A stretch of 64,000 nucleotides of DNA from Desulfatiglandales bacterium (GTDB lineage Bacteria > Desulfobacterota > DSM-4660 > Desulfatiglandales > Desulfatiglandaceae): positions 2,432,001 through 2,496,000 of the forward strand of contig OY759599.1 in NCBI GenBank assembly GCA_963662465.1. The letters run 5' to 3'. Numbering within the stretch: the first letter of the stretch is position 1; the number at the start of each line of letters is the position of its first letter. The translations under genes and the position numbers were made by a program. This document shows positions 62,561-64,000 of this stretch, piece after piece. Under the pieces are notes generated by a model. The model was given only the letters and a program-made list of their open reading frames with translations, searched no databases and was not told where the DNA came from.

Positions 62561-62580
62561 TTATGCCGCTCGCGGCATAA
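62561..62580. repeat. 20-bp palindrome made of two RIT arm motifs
   Basis: TTATGCCG-CTCG-CGGCATAA, bracketed by CATCTG and CAGATG. Confidence 0.95.
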
Positions 62581-63944
62581 CAGATGTTGTTGTCAAGGGG
62601 CGCTCCAGGAACTTCCAGGAACCGGGTTAACGCCTTCCAGTGATTCAGCATATACTGAATTGCCTTTCCCAAACCGGAATTCGGTTCCACGAGTTTTTCG
62701 TCCAATTGCTTGTTGAGCCAGCAATACAATTTATCCATCAAGGGTTTGCTTTCAGCCTGATGGAAGGCCAGACGCTCTTCGGGTGACATGTTTTCGTCCC
62801 TGGCAATCTGATCATTGTGATACACTTTGGCAAGGGTATCGATCACAAACCGGCACTCTTCTGGAAAGCTCGGGGCGACATCCACGAAGTATCGGCGGGC
62901 ATGGGTCAGGCAGTTTGCCATAATGACATCCAGATCCTCCGATGAATTTCGAGACAAGGCATCGCACATAAGCTGAGGTGGACTGAGACCGGTCAGGCGA
63001 TTTTCAAGAAGCGCCTTCAGATTTTCACCCGCGTGATTTCTGCCGGTAAAATAAAGAACCGCCTGGCGGTCATCCATTTTGGATATAACGCCGGTGGTAA
63101 AAATCCCTTTTCGACCGTTTTTGGTTTCACCTTCCTTCATGAGGCTCAGAACTTTTCCCGTCGTATCGTCAATGTGGAACAACTCCCCCTGTGCGGATTG
63201 TTTCAGTAGTTCGATATACGGCCCTTTGGCCTCCAAACCCAATGGCTCAACGATACCCCACTGGGTTGATGCGGGAACCGGAACACCCATCATGGCTTGA
63301 AACTGCTGCAACCGATAGAAAGGAACGCCGTTGGCGTATTTTAGAAGGGCAATGGAAACCGCAACCGTTTCATCATGTTTCTGAGTTCCCATATCTTCAG
63401 GAGGCGTTGCGGTAAAAATTTGGCCGCACAGGTTGCAGCGAAGCTTTTCCAGTTCATAAATCGTTCCCGTTAAAGGCGGCGAACCCTTAATCCGGATTAA
63501 CTTTTCGGGAACTTTTAACCGATACACTTTTCCCCTGGGACATTCCGGACAGGGGTCACCATGTTTGAGACTCTCGTGGCTTATGAACTTTCTTTCGGCG
63601 CCGGTAAAAGCCGAAGCACCGTTTCGACCATGGCCTTTCGGTGGGGGGTTGCCGCCTTTTGGACCGGGATCATCTTCCGGATTATCGCCGTCTTCGGAAT
63701 CGGCGTCATCTTCCGGATCATTAAACACTTTATCTTTCTTTTCGGATTTTTGCCCGAACAAGAGGTTTAGCAGCCGCTTGATGGATGCGGCCTTCTGGTC
63801 CAGTACCTGACTCAGGGCTTCAATGGTATCCGCCATGACCTTGATAATCTCGTAGTCGGATTCGGAAACCGCCGGTTTTATCCTTTCAAGAAGGGACTTG
63901 ACGTCTTCGGGGGTTAATTCGAGTTTTTGGGGTTTATCCGGCAT
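62581..63944 (-). pseudogene. tnpC: IS66 transposase TnpC, 5' part, interrupted by the RIT element
   Basis: LFGQKSEK, CPEC..CNLC Zn finger, PFYRL, HIDDT, MCDA, CLTHARRYF, GKAIQY..W and PLDNNIC at the break. Confidence 0.93.
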
Positions 63945-63999
63945 GACATAAATACTCCCGAAAGTCTTTACCCATGGGATACCCCCAGACGGCCTTTAT
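63934..63999 (-). CDS. C-terminal 21 aa of the IS gene upstream of tnpC; resembles the end of DUF4338/DruA-like proteins
   Basis: IKAVWGYPMGKDFREYLCHAG* overlaps the tnpC start; only a short fragment is visible. Confidence 0.45.
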   Translation of the reverse strand: MKAVWGYPMGKDFREYLCHAG

Positions 64000-64000
64000 G

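Larger units (their letters stand above)
59143..62580 (+). mobile_element. RIT element (recombinases in trio) plus a terminal 20-bp palindrome
   Basis: Three overlapping tyrosine recombinase genes; IR TAATGCCGACTCCCGGATTATGCCG at 59143-59167 and its reverse complement at 62530-62554; flanked by direct CAGATG at 59137-59142 and 62581-62586. Confidence 0.93.
58781..64000 (-). mobile_element. IS66-family element; downstream end at 58781, other end beyond the window; interrupted by a RIT element
   Basis: Begins GTGTCCTTTCTGCAAG exactly at the ATPase break and contains a split IS66 TnpC. The second terminus and target duplication are not visible. Confidence 0.85.

Noticed and set aside
59143..62580. 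Integron or prophage integrase locus
   Set aside because: Three overlapping recombinases with terminal inverted repeats fit a RIT element; no attC array or phage genes were seen.
62331..62580. C-terminal extension of the 537-aa TnpC ORF as given in the track
   Set aside because: It is read-through into the RIT end; the true C-terminus lies at 58902-59142.

Overview
This is bacterial DNA, most consistent with a Desulfobacterota-type (deltaproteobacterial) chromosome; that assignment is inferred from gene content only. Positions ~1-51.3 kb form a dense motility and signalling cluster. Flagellar accessory genes include a FliK-like protein, a PilZ brake, two FlgO paralogs, a PomA/PomB-like stator and CheW. 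c-di-GMP genes include two HD-GYP proteins, a GGDEF cyclase, a PilZ protein and an MshEN-like protein. There are also three HDOD proteins, four MCPs, seven histidine kinases, NarL- and NtrC-type regulators, a MORN-repeat protein and two pseudogenes that the ORF track misses or shows only in part (a cheD remnant and a REC/PAS chimera). Recurrent sigma-54 promoters and GTCA-N6-TGAC boxes are readable in the intergenic DNA. Positions ~51.9-58.8 kb form an accessory island: four mosaic paralogs of an archaeal-type (MJ-family-like) P-loop ATPase, remnants of AlbA/HATPase and AAA/PD-(D/E)XK genes, and a duplicated ~230-bp structured non-coding element. The fourth ATPase is cut by an IS66-family element. 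That element's transposase is itself split, immediately before the catalytic Glu codon, by a RIT (three tyrosine recombinases) element. The RIT ends carry three copies of the 6-bp target, two direct and one inverted, plus an extra 20-bp palindrome; this geometry predicts both precise excision and inversion. No rRNA, tRNA or CRISPR array was seen. All family assignments come from motif reading, not database searches.
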